This document shows positions 51,080 through 63,320 of a DNA stretch of 64,000 bases, piece by piece. The stretch is from Takakia lepidozioides (lineage: Eukaryota > Plantae > Bryophyta), in assembly GCA_030704615.1 (NCBI GenBank), contig CM060731.1, forward strand, positions 39,556,001 to 39,620,000, in the 5' to 3' direction. Made by a program: the position numbers and the translations under genes. The notes under the pieces were generated by a model, which was not told the DNA's origin, did no database searches, and worked only from the letters and a program-made list of their open reading frames with translations. Positions within the stretch are counted from its first letter, which is position 1, and every line of letters begins with the position of its first letter.

Positions 51080-52050
51080 TTGCTCAGCCATGCACAAGCC
51101 AATGACCCATGTCAAGCAATTGAGATCAATTGCCTGCCCCAACACCTGACATTGTGATGCCTCTGACAGAGCTGGCACAGCTGTAGTGCCCGTGGCAAAC
51201 CCCATTGCCCGCTCGCGCTCATCCGCATTGGGCCCCACCAATTGCTGTAACACACTGTCCCAAATCAACCCAGGACCATTGTCTCAAAAAGCATGACACG
51301 AGGGAAAGCTCATGAGCGTAGGCAAGGCTGTACGTGGCTGCCCCACTCAATTGACCACTGCTAGAGGTGGATGGTCATCATGTCGTACCCTCTGCGGTTG
51401 CCTCCCTTGGTCCAAAATGCCCTCAACCGTGAGATTGGGTGGCCGTTGAATGGAATCATATGCTCTCTTGAGCAGCTCTGGTGGTGCAAGGTTGGTCCAC
51501 CACAATCGAGGTCGATGCGCGCGTGATCCCACCGCTGCTGCACCAATAGCACCGCCGATCCAATCCAAGACCGCACCTGATGCACACTGGCCATAACCCT
51601 GGCCCGAGAGTCCCCCATAAGAAGAACATTCTCCAAGATATAGGCTAGAGGTTGCACTTGCCTCGTCTACAAGTCACGCAACACTCTCAACATCTCCCAA
51701 AACAAATGCAATCGTGCATCATGCAAGCCATTCCCATGACCTGCGGGAGAGTGTCCTTGGTAAGGCCATCCAGCTATCACCAAGTCAATGGCACCATGCC
51801 AGTCCAAATCATCCGCCCCCAGCAAGGTAATGTCTGCTGGCAAGGCCTTTTGATACCCTTGAATTGCTGAGAGGGGCAACAACTCAGGATATCGGTGTGT
51901 GAGCAAGACGATGTGGCGCATAGAAATACGCTGAGCTATCTCATCCTTCTCCACATACAAGTACTTGCGTACTTTTAATCCCTGTTTGCAACACTCCTGC
52001 AAGCCCAGTGCTCATGCCTTCAAACATGTCTAGCAAACAAATCCCTGAGT
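51080..52050 (-). pseudogene. DNMT3-like C5 cytosine methyltransferase domain inside the Gypsy polyprotein
   Basis: Ordered motifs: I LLDMFEGMSTG, II YVEKD, III ADIT, IV DLVIAGWPYQG (PC mutated to PY), VI ILENV, VIII AHRPRLWWTNL, IX ERERAMGF, X QVLGQAID; frameshifts present. Confidence 0.92.
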
Positions 52051-52439
52051 CAGGTGGTTGCCAGGTAATGGGCACCGTATTCAAATGAGTTAACTGAGGA
52101 GGTCCAAGTGATGTCACTGAAATCCCCTCACTCACCAATGGATAGGCCTCCTGCCATGCTTGGTGCACACATTCGCCTGCTACTCGATGCAAATTCCCAA
52201 CTGTACCCCACAGTGGAATATGAACAGGCACATGAGGAAGCAAATCAGCCTTGTATGCCAATTGTTTGTCTTCATCAGGTGGTGGCCTATCATCTGCATG
52301 GTTATTGTCCTCCAAGAGCTCACCACCCCAAGCCACCACCCCTGAGAATGCAGCCATTGTGGGCATCATGTTCCTATGATCCACTGCTACATTCCCAATA
52401 AACCGCACTGGGAGCAGTGCACGCCGACCATCCCCTGAC

Positions 52440-52800
52440 TGCCATTCCGGCCTGTAGGATGCCATTTCCTCCCAAAAGTCCAAAGTAAAGCCCATCAAGT
52501 ATAACAGAGCCCCACCAACAAGTACATCATAAGACATCGCATCCGTAACAATGGCTTTAGCTCTCATGACAGAGCCATCTGTAGGATGATCTGGCAGCAA
52601 TCGAATGAAGAGCTCATGGCGTGTAATCCCTCGTGCCTTCTCTGAACTGCCCAAAGATGTTTGAATTTGGAAAGGGCAATGCTCCAAATCCGCCTTTGTA
52701 AGATCCAAGCCTAAAATTGCTGCTCTCCCCAACATCAATGGCTATGCTCCCGAGTCCAACAAGACCCGCAGTGGCCTATACCTCCTCTCGGCTGGGCCAC
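52440..52800 (-). pseudogene. Element A aspartic protease
   Basis: RVLLDSGA ... YDVLVG. Confidence 0.85.
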
Positions 52801-55670
52801 CCAACTGAAACACACCATCTTGATTGTCCACCAGGACTACCCCAGGAGTCACCATACTATGCTCAATGGCTGGTCTAGCTGGCAACTCTTGCAACCTTGC
52901 AGCTGCCGCTTGCCATGGCGCAGCTGTGGCTGTTTTCGCCCTTGAATCCAGGGCATCCATGCACTGCACCTGATCCGCTATCCCCGCAAATAGTGCCGAT
53001 GCATCACCACTCTCACAGAGTGCAGTTGTCAGTCTAAACACTGCAGCTGGCCGCATCCCCGACATTACAATTATCGTGGCAGAAAACAATGGAGCTTGAC
53101 AAATTTCCGTAGCCGCCCCCAACAATGTACTAGCTGCACCTTGTTTTGCAGCACCACCCACTGGCATTTCCCGAGCCACACCAACTCTCCCCAATGACAC
53201 TTGTGGCTCTACCTCTGACACACTTAGGCGAGCGGGTGCCATCGATGGCATAGTTGGCACTGTCTCAGCCAATGTGAAAGACTGTGGAAGCCTTGTCTGC
53301 CGACTTGCTTCCCCTCTTTGTGGATCAAAATCCACATCCGCTCCTCTTGGCTCAGGAGCACGCGTTGCTGCTCGAGTGACAGCAGCTGCAGAGTCCACAT
53401 GCAATGGTCCTGCAAGTGCGGCTCCACACATGAAGCCCATGCCAATCTGGTTTTTCCTAGGCATAGAAGGTTGTGCAGGTGGGGCTGGAACCTCAGGCCT
53501 TAGGGTTGGCGCAACATGAGTAGTGGCCATGGTAGGAAGACGTTGCTCTAGCTGGGCAAGCCTATCCACCATGTCTTGGTCATGACCTTGACCTTGACCC
53601 TGTGCTCCTTGGTTTTGGTTACGACCTCCACCACGACCTCTGCCTCCTCTACCTCTCTGGACTATATTGTCTCGTCCTTGGCCACCATTGTTCCTTTGGA
53701 ACTGGCTTGGCCGTAGCTCAGGATGCAAGTCATAACAATGGGCCTCTTGATGCCCATATTTGCCACAATGCCCACACTGTAGTTGTGTAGGCGGTGCCTA
53801 TGCCGGCCCTTTGCCTCTCTCCGGGCAATCTCTCTTAACATGGGGTCCTCCACAATCCCAACATGTCACACCCGACTATTGTTGGCCTGAGAATGAAGGA
53901 AGTGACCTCTGCAATTGAGATCCTCTCTGTCCTTCCCTAGGCTTCACCTGAGCCCCCTTGTTGCTTTGAGCACGTTGGGGTAGTGGTTGTTGTTGGCTAG
54001 GAGCCCCACTTCGTTGTGTCTCCTGACCAAACCCCACCATGACCACTCGCTCCTCCACCATATTGAGCTCTATCCGCTCTGCCAGCAAAACCACATTTGC
54101 TAAGGTGGGTTGGTCCACTTGTAGGAGGGTTGCATCCGACACACTTCTCCTCAGCTCCTTGTCCAGGATCCCATACCAGAACTGGACTGCCTGAGCTTCT
54201 GTAACCCCTTGGGTTACATTTATCAAGCGCCTCATGCGAGTGTAAGCATCCCTCAAACTCTCGGCAGGCTTTCGTTGGAACTCTTGCAAACTCCGCAATT
54301 TCTCCGTCCTTATCCCCTGGTAGTTTCTCCTTAACTCCTTGAAGAACTCCACAACTGGGTTAAAGGCAGGCACGGGTGTTGGTGCTGCAGCAGGAGCTTG
54401 GGTGGACTTCCCAGCTCCTGTTCCACTTGACGTCCCACTGCTGCTTGCAGAAGCTGCCGGTGTAGCTACCGGTGTCACCACTGCCCTTGTGCCTCTAGTG
54501 ATGGAGACATAGTCAGGTGACCAATACACCCGCCATTCCTCAATCTCCACCTCATGTCCCCGCCTAAACTCATGGTAGTCATCCATGGGCGGCCCCTCAA
54601 GGTGTTGCAACAGCCCATTCCATGCCATAAAAGGCGTAAACAGTTGTGGATTGCGCATCTGCTGCAAATCACACCAACTATCAAACTCCTGTATGAAATC
54701 ATCAAGCTCGATGGTGCCCACAGCTCCAGAGTACCGACATGGCCCCTTGGTAGCTCCATACATTTCCTCCATCCACTACAAGAGATGAGCGTTTTTAGGA
54801 CTACGGATTTGGCGGAGTCATAAAAACGGCACTAGGTGTACGACTACAAAGCGCTGAAATGCGTTGCAGTCATAGTTTTACCACTTTGTAGTAATGGATA
54901 TCACTACATGACTCCGGAAAGTTTAGGGAGCATTGGTCAAACATTGTTGACCATGATGACAGGGATGGTTTTATGACTAGTGTGATATCTTTGACTACAC
55001 GTGACGTTTCATGGAATCTTGTGACTCCATGACTGAAGATGGTTTTACAGCTCTATTTATACGACTACATCCCTACACGTGTCATTTTGAAAGTACATAC
55101 ATGAATGTATTCATCCATTTGATAAGTTTATCCATCGATGATATGGCATGTAAACTTATGAGTCCCTTACTGCAAATTGTTTCATAACTCTATATATATG
55201 ACTACATCATTACACGTGTCATTTAAAAGGCACATACATTAATGAATTCATCCAATGGATGGGTTCATCCCTCCGCCTATACGGTGTGTCGATTTGATAT
55301 CTGTTCAATAAATTGGACCTGGATGGACGTGGCTTAATAAGCATCGCAAGATATATGAAATTAAAATACGCAATGGTCATGGTTGTACAAGGCTAGATCA
55401 TGTGATGGAAATTATTTTGAATCGTTAGATTTTACAGGATCTAACGGTCTAGATTGTATAAGATCTAACGGTTTAAGATTACACCGCCGAACTTTACATC
55501 GGGCTGGGACTTAGGCTTTTTTGTCTCCTGCGTTTCACCATCTATTTGATGTTGTGTCATGTATGCAAGGGCGTGGGATGGAGGCTTTGCAGACCTTCCT
55601 ACTCTTGAGAAAATGATGCAGGAAGGAGAAGAGGATGAGGAGAGGAGACGATGCTACCCCTGCCAACCAG

Positions 55671-55672
<2 letters not shown>

Positions 55673-55717
<45 letters not shown>
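55673..55717. repeat. (AG)n microsatellite
   Basis: Direct observation. Confidence 0.97.
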
Positions 55718-55718
<1 letters not shown>

Positions 55719-55879
55719 GCTCATGCGAAGGGTCCTGCTTCAAACCGCCAGCAGCAGCGCAGGCTGTAGGATTTCGAGGATGAGCAGCCATGACAACGCG
55801 TACAATGCGTATTGTACGCGGGACATCCTCCACATGTGGCTACGCTCACAAGCGTCCCCGAGGAGCTCAGCTTGGTCAT

Positions 55880-57580
55880 AGCATGCCGTGTTTCAATCTC
55901 TGCCTGCTCAGTTGCACCGTGGTGGTTCGATCTCACATACCAATCCAACATTACCTGACTACAGATACAAGCAGCACACACAAGAGATCCTTTTGGGTTG
56001 ATGGTCGGTCAAATCCTCCATGGGTCATGACACAAGGTAAAGGACAATGTGGTGATGATACCTTCTTCTTCGACCTATTTCAGCCTGTTTTGCCCTCTCA
56101 TCAGACTCGGCCCTGAGATGCATATTGAATTTTGTAAGTTAGCTCGGTGGGTGGATCTGTGGTTGTTTAGAGTGACTTTGACAAGTTACTGCCGATGTGG
56201 CAACATGAAAGTATCCAAAAATAGGTAACAGAGATGAGGAGAAGCTTTGGAATGAACACTTTTCCGACCCCAGTCAATGGCGGGACAATGGAGACAAAAA
56301 GGTGAGTGCATGTTGGACTACACTAGAGAGAAGTAGATGCAATTTAGAATTAGAACTATTGTAATAATTAGGGTTGGGGTTTGCTGGAAGAACTTCACGC
56401 CGTCAGTGTCAACTGCTAGCAGCAAGTATTCATGATTTGTACACAGACAGGGATAGCTGAAGGACTAGGGATAGAGGTCCAGGTTCATCCAAGAGGGCCG
56501 GATTTCAAACACAATATTAGTTCTGATTCCCTGTGGATCAATAGCTACAAGAAATCTGCTAACGAGAAAATGGTCTGCTAATGAAGGCACCTTTTTCAAC
56601 ACATTTCACCCTGTTTTTTCCTCTTATCAGAATCGGCCCTAAATTTTCATGTTGAATTCTGCAAGTTAGTTGGTTGAGTGAACCTGGGATAGTTTGGAGT
56701 GACTTTGACATGATACTGCCAATGTGACAACATGAAAGTATCCAAAAGAGGTAACAGAGATGAGGAGAAGCTGTGGAATGAATACTTTCCCCTAGTTCTG
56801 GACATATATGCCAATGTCAAGGGAGTGTTCAACACTATGGCTAAACGAGATGTGGTGTCGTGGAGTGCGATGCTTGCAGGGTATGCACAGCAGGATGGAG
56901 GCTTTGGATACCTATGAGCAAATGATGGGGAAATGGGTGAAGCTCGACCACATCATTTTAGTGTGTGTTTGCAGTGCGTGTGCAAGCCTGGCAGCCCGGG
57001 AAAAGGGCAAAGAGGTGCATGGTTGCATCACCAAAGCTGGAATTGTACCATGTGTGATTTTGAACAATACCTCGTGGACACAATGCCAAATGTGGGAGCA
57101 TTGAGGATGCGGAGAGAACCTTCAACACTATGGCTGAACAAGATGTGGTGTCGTGGAACGCGATGCTTGCACGATATGCACAGCAAGGGCGCGGGATGGA
57201 GGTTTTGGAGACAGGAAAGTATCGAAAAACAGTTAACAGAGACGATGAGAAGCTCTGGAATGAATATGTTTCCGACCCCAGTCAATGGTGGAACAATCCA
57301 GGCAAAAAGGTGAATTCATGTTGGAAGCAGATGCAAGTCAACATAGGAACTAGTGTGATAAGTAGGGTTGGGGTGTTTGTTGGAATACTTATAGGCTGTC
57401 ATTGTCAGCTGCTAGCAGCAAGGCAATGATGTATGCATGATTTGTGCAGAGGCAAGGATAGCTGAAGGAGCAGGGATAGAGTGTAGGTCCAGATTCATCC
57501 AAGAGGGCCGGATTTCAATCTCCAGATTACCTATGATTCCCTGTGGAAGGATAGCTACAAGAAACCTGCATGGGTAGATG
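55880..57580 (+). pseudogene. Captured, scrambled OSB-PDF-motif and PLS-PPR gene fragments
   Basis: KLWNEHFSDPSQWRDNGDKK, intron, VHPRGPDFKHNISSDSLWI; VFNTMAKRDVVSWSAMLAGYAQQ; VCSACASLAAREKGKEVHGCI; DVVSWNAMLARYAQQG; second W(W)N/PDF pair at 57240-57575. Confidence 0.88.
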
Positions 57581-59717
57581 ATCAATTGGTTGGTTTTGAG
57601 CTGAAGAGCACGACCCCTGCAGGGATGTCTCTCCATCTGTAGATCCTTTAGGAAGTGAAAGGCTAGGGCCCAACTTTCTTATGACAGTGTTAGCTGATTT
57701 TCAATTCTTCCCCTCAGCTTGGTGCCTTTCTGTTTCCAAGTTATGGCAGTAGTTTCTGGTTGCAGTCTCTTTCCCTGCTAGACTCTTTAGCTCTATGCAT
57801 ACCCCCTTCTTTACTTGCTTTCCTTCTTACTACTCTTTCTTGTCAGCCTCTATGGCACTCTATCCAGAGGTTATTTTTTCCTCTTTGTATCCAAGGACAT
57901 TTTATGTCCATTACCTATAAAGTTCTGGAGGCCAATGTCCCCCCACTGTCCCTCTTTGCTAACAAAAATAAAATAAATAAAATAAAAGACAACAATGGCT
58001 TCCATTCTATGGACCTAGAAACCTAATGAGAATTTAAATCAATTAATAATCTAAATATTATAATTGTATGATTTAATTTATTAAATTAAAATATTATTAA
58101 AAAACCTCTTTAGTCATGAAGTTATATACTCATGACTACATCATGGCATCATGGCATTATATGATACGATATTCTTTTCCACGTGTAGGTCATATATGTT
58201 GTCCATGTGGACATGTGTCACATCTGGAGTGCTACATGTGTCCCTCTGACGCCTCTCCAATGGAGTCATATACTTTGTAGACATGTAGTCATATAGTTAA
58301 TCATATATAAATCATATAGTTGTGACTACATCGCTCTCTGCAGCTTGACCCCAGGTGCCATTCACGCAGTCACGGCTATGACTTGCAAAACGCAGTCCTA
58401 AAGACTAGTCGCTATGACAGGGCTTTTTTCACTGCAGAGTGATGTAGTCATGAACGCATATAGGACTGAGAAATAGTCATATGTGCAGTCATAAAAACGC
58501 TCATCTGTTGTAGTGATCGTATCCCACAACAATGGCACGAAAATGGCTTGCACCCTCGGCAATAATCCTCCTAACTCTGAGTCTGAACCTTCCTCAGAAG
58601 ACACTGAAGGTGAAGGTGGCCTAAACCTCACACCTCGTCTTGTATACCCACTAGTATCGCTGGTGCTCGTACCGGCACTCTCCTTAGCAACTGGTGGCAC
58701 CTCCGTGATGAAAACTCACAACCACACCTGTTGTAAACCTGTCTCTAATCCCCCTTTCCACAAGGTAACCGGGTAGAGAACCTGTTGCGGCTTATGGCTT
58801 AGACTACTAGGTTCGTAACATAAATCTGCACCTGCATCCACCGCAAGCACTCATATGGTTTGCTGGTCATCAACCCAGCCTCACCATAAGAGAAACAATG
58901 ATGGTCTGACTGGTCATCACCCCAGCCTCACCACCGACAACATGCTCTAGGATTGGCCGGTGATCAAATCCGGACCAACCTCCTATGAAAACAAGTGCCC
59001 ACACAAAACTGATGTGGCGCACAGTCAAGCATGCAGGTGTGGGGGGGATCCAAACACAAGAAAAATCAAGACAGTAACTCCCCCACAAAAAAAAAAACAC
59101 TCCACAGCGTCGTTCCTGCAAGGACACCCCAGCCCAAACCTGGACTGACTCTTGCCTCCACCTACGGAAAGGTTTTGGCCTACATAGAGGGTGGAAGACT
59201 ACGAGGAAGAGAGTCTAAAGCAATTCCTAATCCTCGAATGCTGTCATCCCACTAGTCTCTCCCTATCTCTAAACGCTCTTGCTCATGACCAACAGACATA
59301 ACTACCTTCCAGGATCTCTCAAATAACTCTCCAAGAGCCCTCAAGATGTCTCTCAAACAATCTCACTAAGGCCCCCAAAGCCTGCCAAATCTTGGCCCTC
59401 AAGGACCCCAAAAAGTCCTTCAGACAAGGTGCCAAAGACTCCTTAAGCTCGCCAAATATTAGCCTCCAAGGACCCCAAAATAGTCCTCCAAATAGCCCTC
59501 CAAAGCTCAAATGTTTGCCAAATATTGGTCTTCAAAGACCCCTAATAGTCCTCCAAACAGTCCTCCAAACACCCCTTCAAGAGCTCTTCAAGTGGCTTAC
59601 AAAAGCTCCTCAAAGGACCCCCCAAAGATCCTCCAAAGGCAATACTCCTCCAGATACACCCTAGATGTCATACACTTTAAATGAAACGTATGGTAGGAAA
59701 AGTCTCTCCACTTGTAT

Positions 59718-59905
59718 CCATACACTGTTAAAAAAAGAGTATGGTGGGGCAGAGGGAGCCCATACACTGTTCAAAAAAACGTATGTTGGGCAGAGGGGCC
59801 ATACTCTGTTCACAAGTGTATGTTGGGCAGAGGGGTTCCATACACTGTTCACAAAAGTGTATGATGGGCAGAGGGAGCCCATACACAGTTTCTTGAAGAG
59901 TATGG
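59718..59905. repeat. Minisatellite, unit about 40 bp, about 4.5 copies, in the element A leader
   Basis: CATACACTGTTCA....GTATG.TGGGCAGAGGG repeated. Confidence 0.9.
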
Positions 59906-61065
59906 AGATTGTATGCCCATCTTCCATGGTTTTCCCTTGCATAGGCAGACACACAGTCCACCTCTGACCTTAGGGTTCTCTTGCATTCATCATAATGTGA
60001 TCCACACCTCTATTCAAGAGCCTCATCTTCTCAAACTTGAAGTCACAAGCCTTAAAGAGCATGCTCCATATAAGCATCACTTGCTTGATTCAACCATCCA
60101 CCACAAAACTTAAGCAAAAAGGGAATGAATACATGAGCTTCACCTTCCCCTTCCTTGTCTTGTCACATGCTAATGTATGGTTGAAGTTGCTAGCATGCCG
60201 TGAGCCACAATGTCATTTCTTCATGAAGCCCACCTCCAGTGATCTCCCACATGGCTCCAAGCTCTTCAATACTCTAGGCTTGGTTTCACATCATCATGGA
60301 TAGAATTCTCACCCACATGCTTCCCTTTGGAGTCATCTTGAGCTTCTTGATGCTCTCCAAGTGGTTGCTTTTGTTGTCTTCAAGCCCTAGCCTATGTAGC
60401 TCCTTGGCTTTTCTTCCACAACATGCACCACCTCATACACAATGAATGAACTTGCTCACTTCACATTCTAACTCTCCTCAAGCTTGAATTGGAAGCCACA
60501 CTTGGAAAGCATGCTCACCACATGCGCCACTTGCTTGGTCAATCACTTGCTTCACCAAGAGCAATCCAAGAACTCCTAAAATTAGCAAAAACACTCCCTT
60601 CTACGCGCCTTGCCTTCGCTTGCTGTTTGTCATCCAAATGAAACCCCACTTGGCTTCATTTCCACCATGGATAGAAACAACCACTTCTTAGCTTCTCTTG
60701 AGCTACTCAATACTCCTCAAGCTACCCTGTTGTACTCCTTTATGGTGTTTCCAACCCAAGCATGTGCCGCTCTTTGGCTTCTCTTTCACACCATGAACAA
60801 CTAGAGCTTGCTCTTGAAACCCTAGTGTCTATCTTCTCCACACACAAGACGCTTCTCTTGTGATGCAAGAGCTCTTTTCAAAAGCTCTCCACCTCTATAG
60901 AACAAAGTAATGCTTCTCAAACCCTGACATCCAAGTTCTCCACGCCACAAGGATTTTCCTTTGCATCACCTACAACACCTTGCAACACAAGAGCTCTCTA
61001 CCAGCTCTCTCCAACACACAAGTGCTAAACTAACCCTTATACTCCGCACTCACAAGCATAAGAAG

Positions 61066-61077
61066 ATCTTCTTGTAG
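61066..61077 (-). promoter_or_regulatory. Putative self-priming site of element A
   Basis: CTACAAGAAGAT directly after the LTR's CA, exactly complementary to an LTR-internal 12-mer (61252-61263); no TGG tRNA PBS. Confidence 0.7.
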
Positions 61078-61446
61078 TGATAATGGAAGTGAACACACAA
61101 TGGAAACACTTCACTCATGAATCCACTCAATCACATAAACTAAGTCAAGCCAAGGGCACCTTTGCTAAAGGAATCCACCCTACAAAGCCCTCACCACACT
61201 CCCTCTCAATACCTAGAGCTATGGAGGTGGGAGAGGCTCATGGAGGCTCAACTACAAGAAGATGAGCCCTCCTCAACACTCACAAGGGGAAAACCCATCC
61301 CCATGTCCCAAGTGAGGTTGGACACCTCACTTGGTATGTGAGGACAAATGAAAGTCCCAACACACAAAATACAAATATAAATATCCAAAATGTCTTAGTA
61401 AACTAGAAGTAGGTAATTCTAGTTAACCATGACTAAAACCATTACA
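61078..61446 (-). mobile_element. 5' LTR of element A (part B only; lacks the first 87 bp)
   Basis: High identity to 44385-44752; starts TGTAATGG and ends CCATTATCA. Confidence 0.9.
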
Positions 61447-62560
61447 GCATCATTTGGGCAAGTTACGGGCCCTCCTCAAGAAAGTTGAGCCAAAGACCTA
61501 CTCTAAAACTATCAGACAATACTTTTTTCTCAACTTGAGATCAAAAGAATCAGGTGAAAAGGTGGTCTGTCTAGGACCTTAGGGCATTCTCCCAACTCTG
61601 GGATCTCTGGGAAAACAACTTCGTGGCGAGCCAGGCCTCCATCACAAAGAAAATTGGTAGGTTTCGCTCAAGATTGGGCTATGGCGAGGTTATAGCAGCC
61701 ATTACTCTGCGTTGGCTTCAAACCCTACAGGCTGGTCAGTCTCATCCCTCACTAAACTTTTGGACATTGGGTATTGTCAGCAATAAGCTCACCATCCTCT
61801 TTGTTTAGGAATCCACCAATTACCTAGTCCCTTCCCCTTCGACCTTGGCTCTACTACAGTGGCTCTCAACCTCCGCACCAAAACCCCCCAGAGGCTCCCC
61901 ACTTTCCCCTCTCTTTCCTCACATTCGACCAGTCTGAATCTGTTGTTGGTCATCCCCCACAAAGAAATGAATCCTCAGCGAGCTCCGGTCCCAACATGTC
62001 CACTCTTACCTAGCTCTTGATTGACCAATTTGTTTGGATTTCTGGAAGGCCTAATTTGGAAGAATTCTACTTTGACCCAAAGAATGGTCTTGGTCCTCCT
62101 CGTGATCATATGACCCCTTCTTTTTATATATCACTAAGAAAAAGCCTACACAGCTCTCATCAATGCTGAACCCCTATAGGCCGATAAGTGGAATCAAATG
62201 GGTTTTTTATGGCTTCCAAATTGAAAACTGGAATGCGATCTGGGCTTCTATCAGCTAGCTCAAGGCTCCAGCTAAAATCTTAGTTTTTCTCTAGCAAATA
62301 GCCCACAGAGTACTAAAAGTGGGCAAATGGATGGACTTTCAAGCTCTTCTTTGCAACTATTGCTATTGAAGAATGCTTGAATCAATAGAACACTGCCTAT
62401 TCCATTATAATGCCCCGGCCAAAATCTCGGCCATTGAAAAAAATAGTTCTATCGTAAATGGGAAGCAAGGAACCTGTCAACAATTGAGCTGCTCCTTAAC
62501 TACAACCAAAACACCAAAACGTAAATCAATTTGCCCAGTATTGAGTGATTTTAGAATTTG
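61447..62560 (+). mobile_element. Degenerate L1 LINE 3' fragment (zf-RVT region)
   Basis: WNAIWASIS.LKAPAKILVF..IAHRVLKVG...CNYC...ESIEHCLF; plausible continuation of 44830-45400. Confidence 0.7.
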
Positions 62561-63020
62561 ATTCAGTGTTAGATGGAATCAGTCACATTAACAGCCACGA
62601 CACTGAACATTGAAGGAGTGCCGCCGCAGTTATGATGTATAACAACCAACACTACCAGGGACCTTGCGGCAACGTCGATGGGGGAACACTTGTATTTACG
62701 AGGCAGAACAAAAAAGAATATTAGACTGGTATGGTTGAAGTTAGGGTATTACTTTAGGATTTATTGGGGGCAATTTGTTCATAACCGGGGTAGTTCTCTT
62801 GGTGGGGAAACATCCTCTCTCTGCAGTTCGACCCCAAAGACTGGAGATGGAAATTCGGCAACCGGCCAGTCCCCTTATTTGCTTACTGAGTACAAGGTCT
62901 TTGATACCATTGCATATACTTGTGCACATACCATGCAATATCCTATACATTGGTACAACACTGGTATGTTCCTTGTTTTTTAAAGGTGGCTGGGTTGAAG
63001 GTCCATCCATTTCTCACAGT

Positions 63021-63320
63021 ATTCACACTGTTTTTTCCTCTATATGGAATCTTCATAATGACACAACAAAGCAGATTTTGGAATTTTTCTTTGGGAGAAG
63101 ATGGCATGATACCTACCATAGAGTTGGAATATCATGGGGATTCTTTTTTTGTTTTTTATTTAAATTTTAAGGGGCTGATTCATATTGTTTTTCCGCAATA
63201 TGGAATCTTCATAATGACACAACAAAGCAGATTTTGGGATTTTTCTTTGGGAGAAGATGGCATGATACATGATACCTACCATAGAGTTGGAATATCATGG
63301 AGATCCTTTTTCTTTCTTTA
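63021..63320. repeat. Tandem duplication, unit about 156 bp
   Basis: TATGGAATCTTCATAATGACACAACAAAGCAGATTTTGG...GAGTTGGAATATCATGG occurs twice. Confidence 0.92.

Larger units (their letters stand above)
54774..58515. mobile_element. Non-autonomous Pack-type CACTA element (3.7 kb)
   Basis: TIRs CACTACAAGAGATGAGCGTTTTTAGGACT and AGTCATAAAAACGCTCATCTGTTGTAGTG; perfect TSD ATC; GACTAC/GTAGTC subterminal repeats. Confidence 0.95.
52800..58700 (-). pseudogene. Element A gag, split by the CACTA insertion 54774-58515
   Basis: FVPLLWDT joins MEEMYG across the ATC TSD; capsid-like FQRKPAESLRDAYTRM; knuckles CWDCGGPHVKRDC and CGHCGKYGHQEAHC. Confidence 0.88.
49177..61446 (-). mobile_element. Ty3/Gypsy element A (DNMT- and PHD-encoding), main body; 3' part lies inverted at 42434-44829
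   Basis: LTR part B, leader, gag with two zinc knuckles, protease, C5-MTase, RT and RNase H are collinear on the minus strand; 4-bp TSD ATGC shared with 44830-44833. Confidence 0.9.

Noticed and set aside
59718-59905. CRISPR-like periodic repeat
   Set aside because: Whole units repeat with no unique spacers, there are no cas genes and the context is eukaryotic
59666-60006. TG...CA block as the 5' LTR of element A
   Set aside because: It does not match the LTR after the PPT, has no TSD (CTAGA vs CCTCT) and no PBS
61066-61079. CACTACAAGAAGAT on the minus strand resembling a CACTA TIR
   Set aside because: No unpaired partner TIR or TSD was found; it is explained by the LTR-terminal CA plus the self-priming sequence
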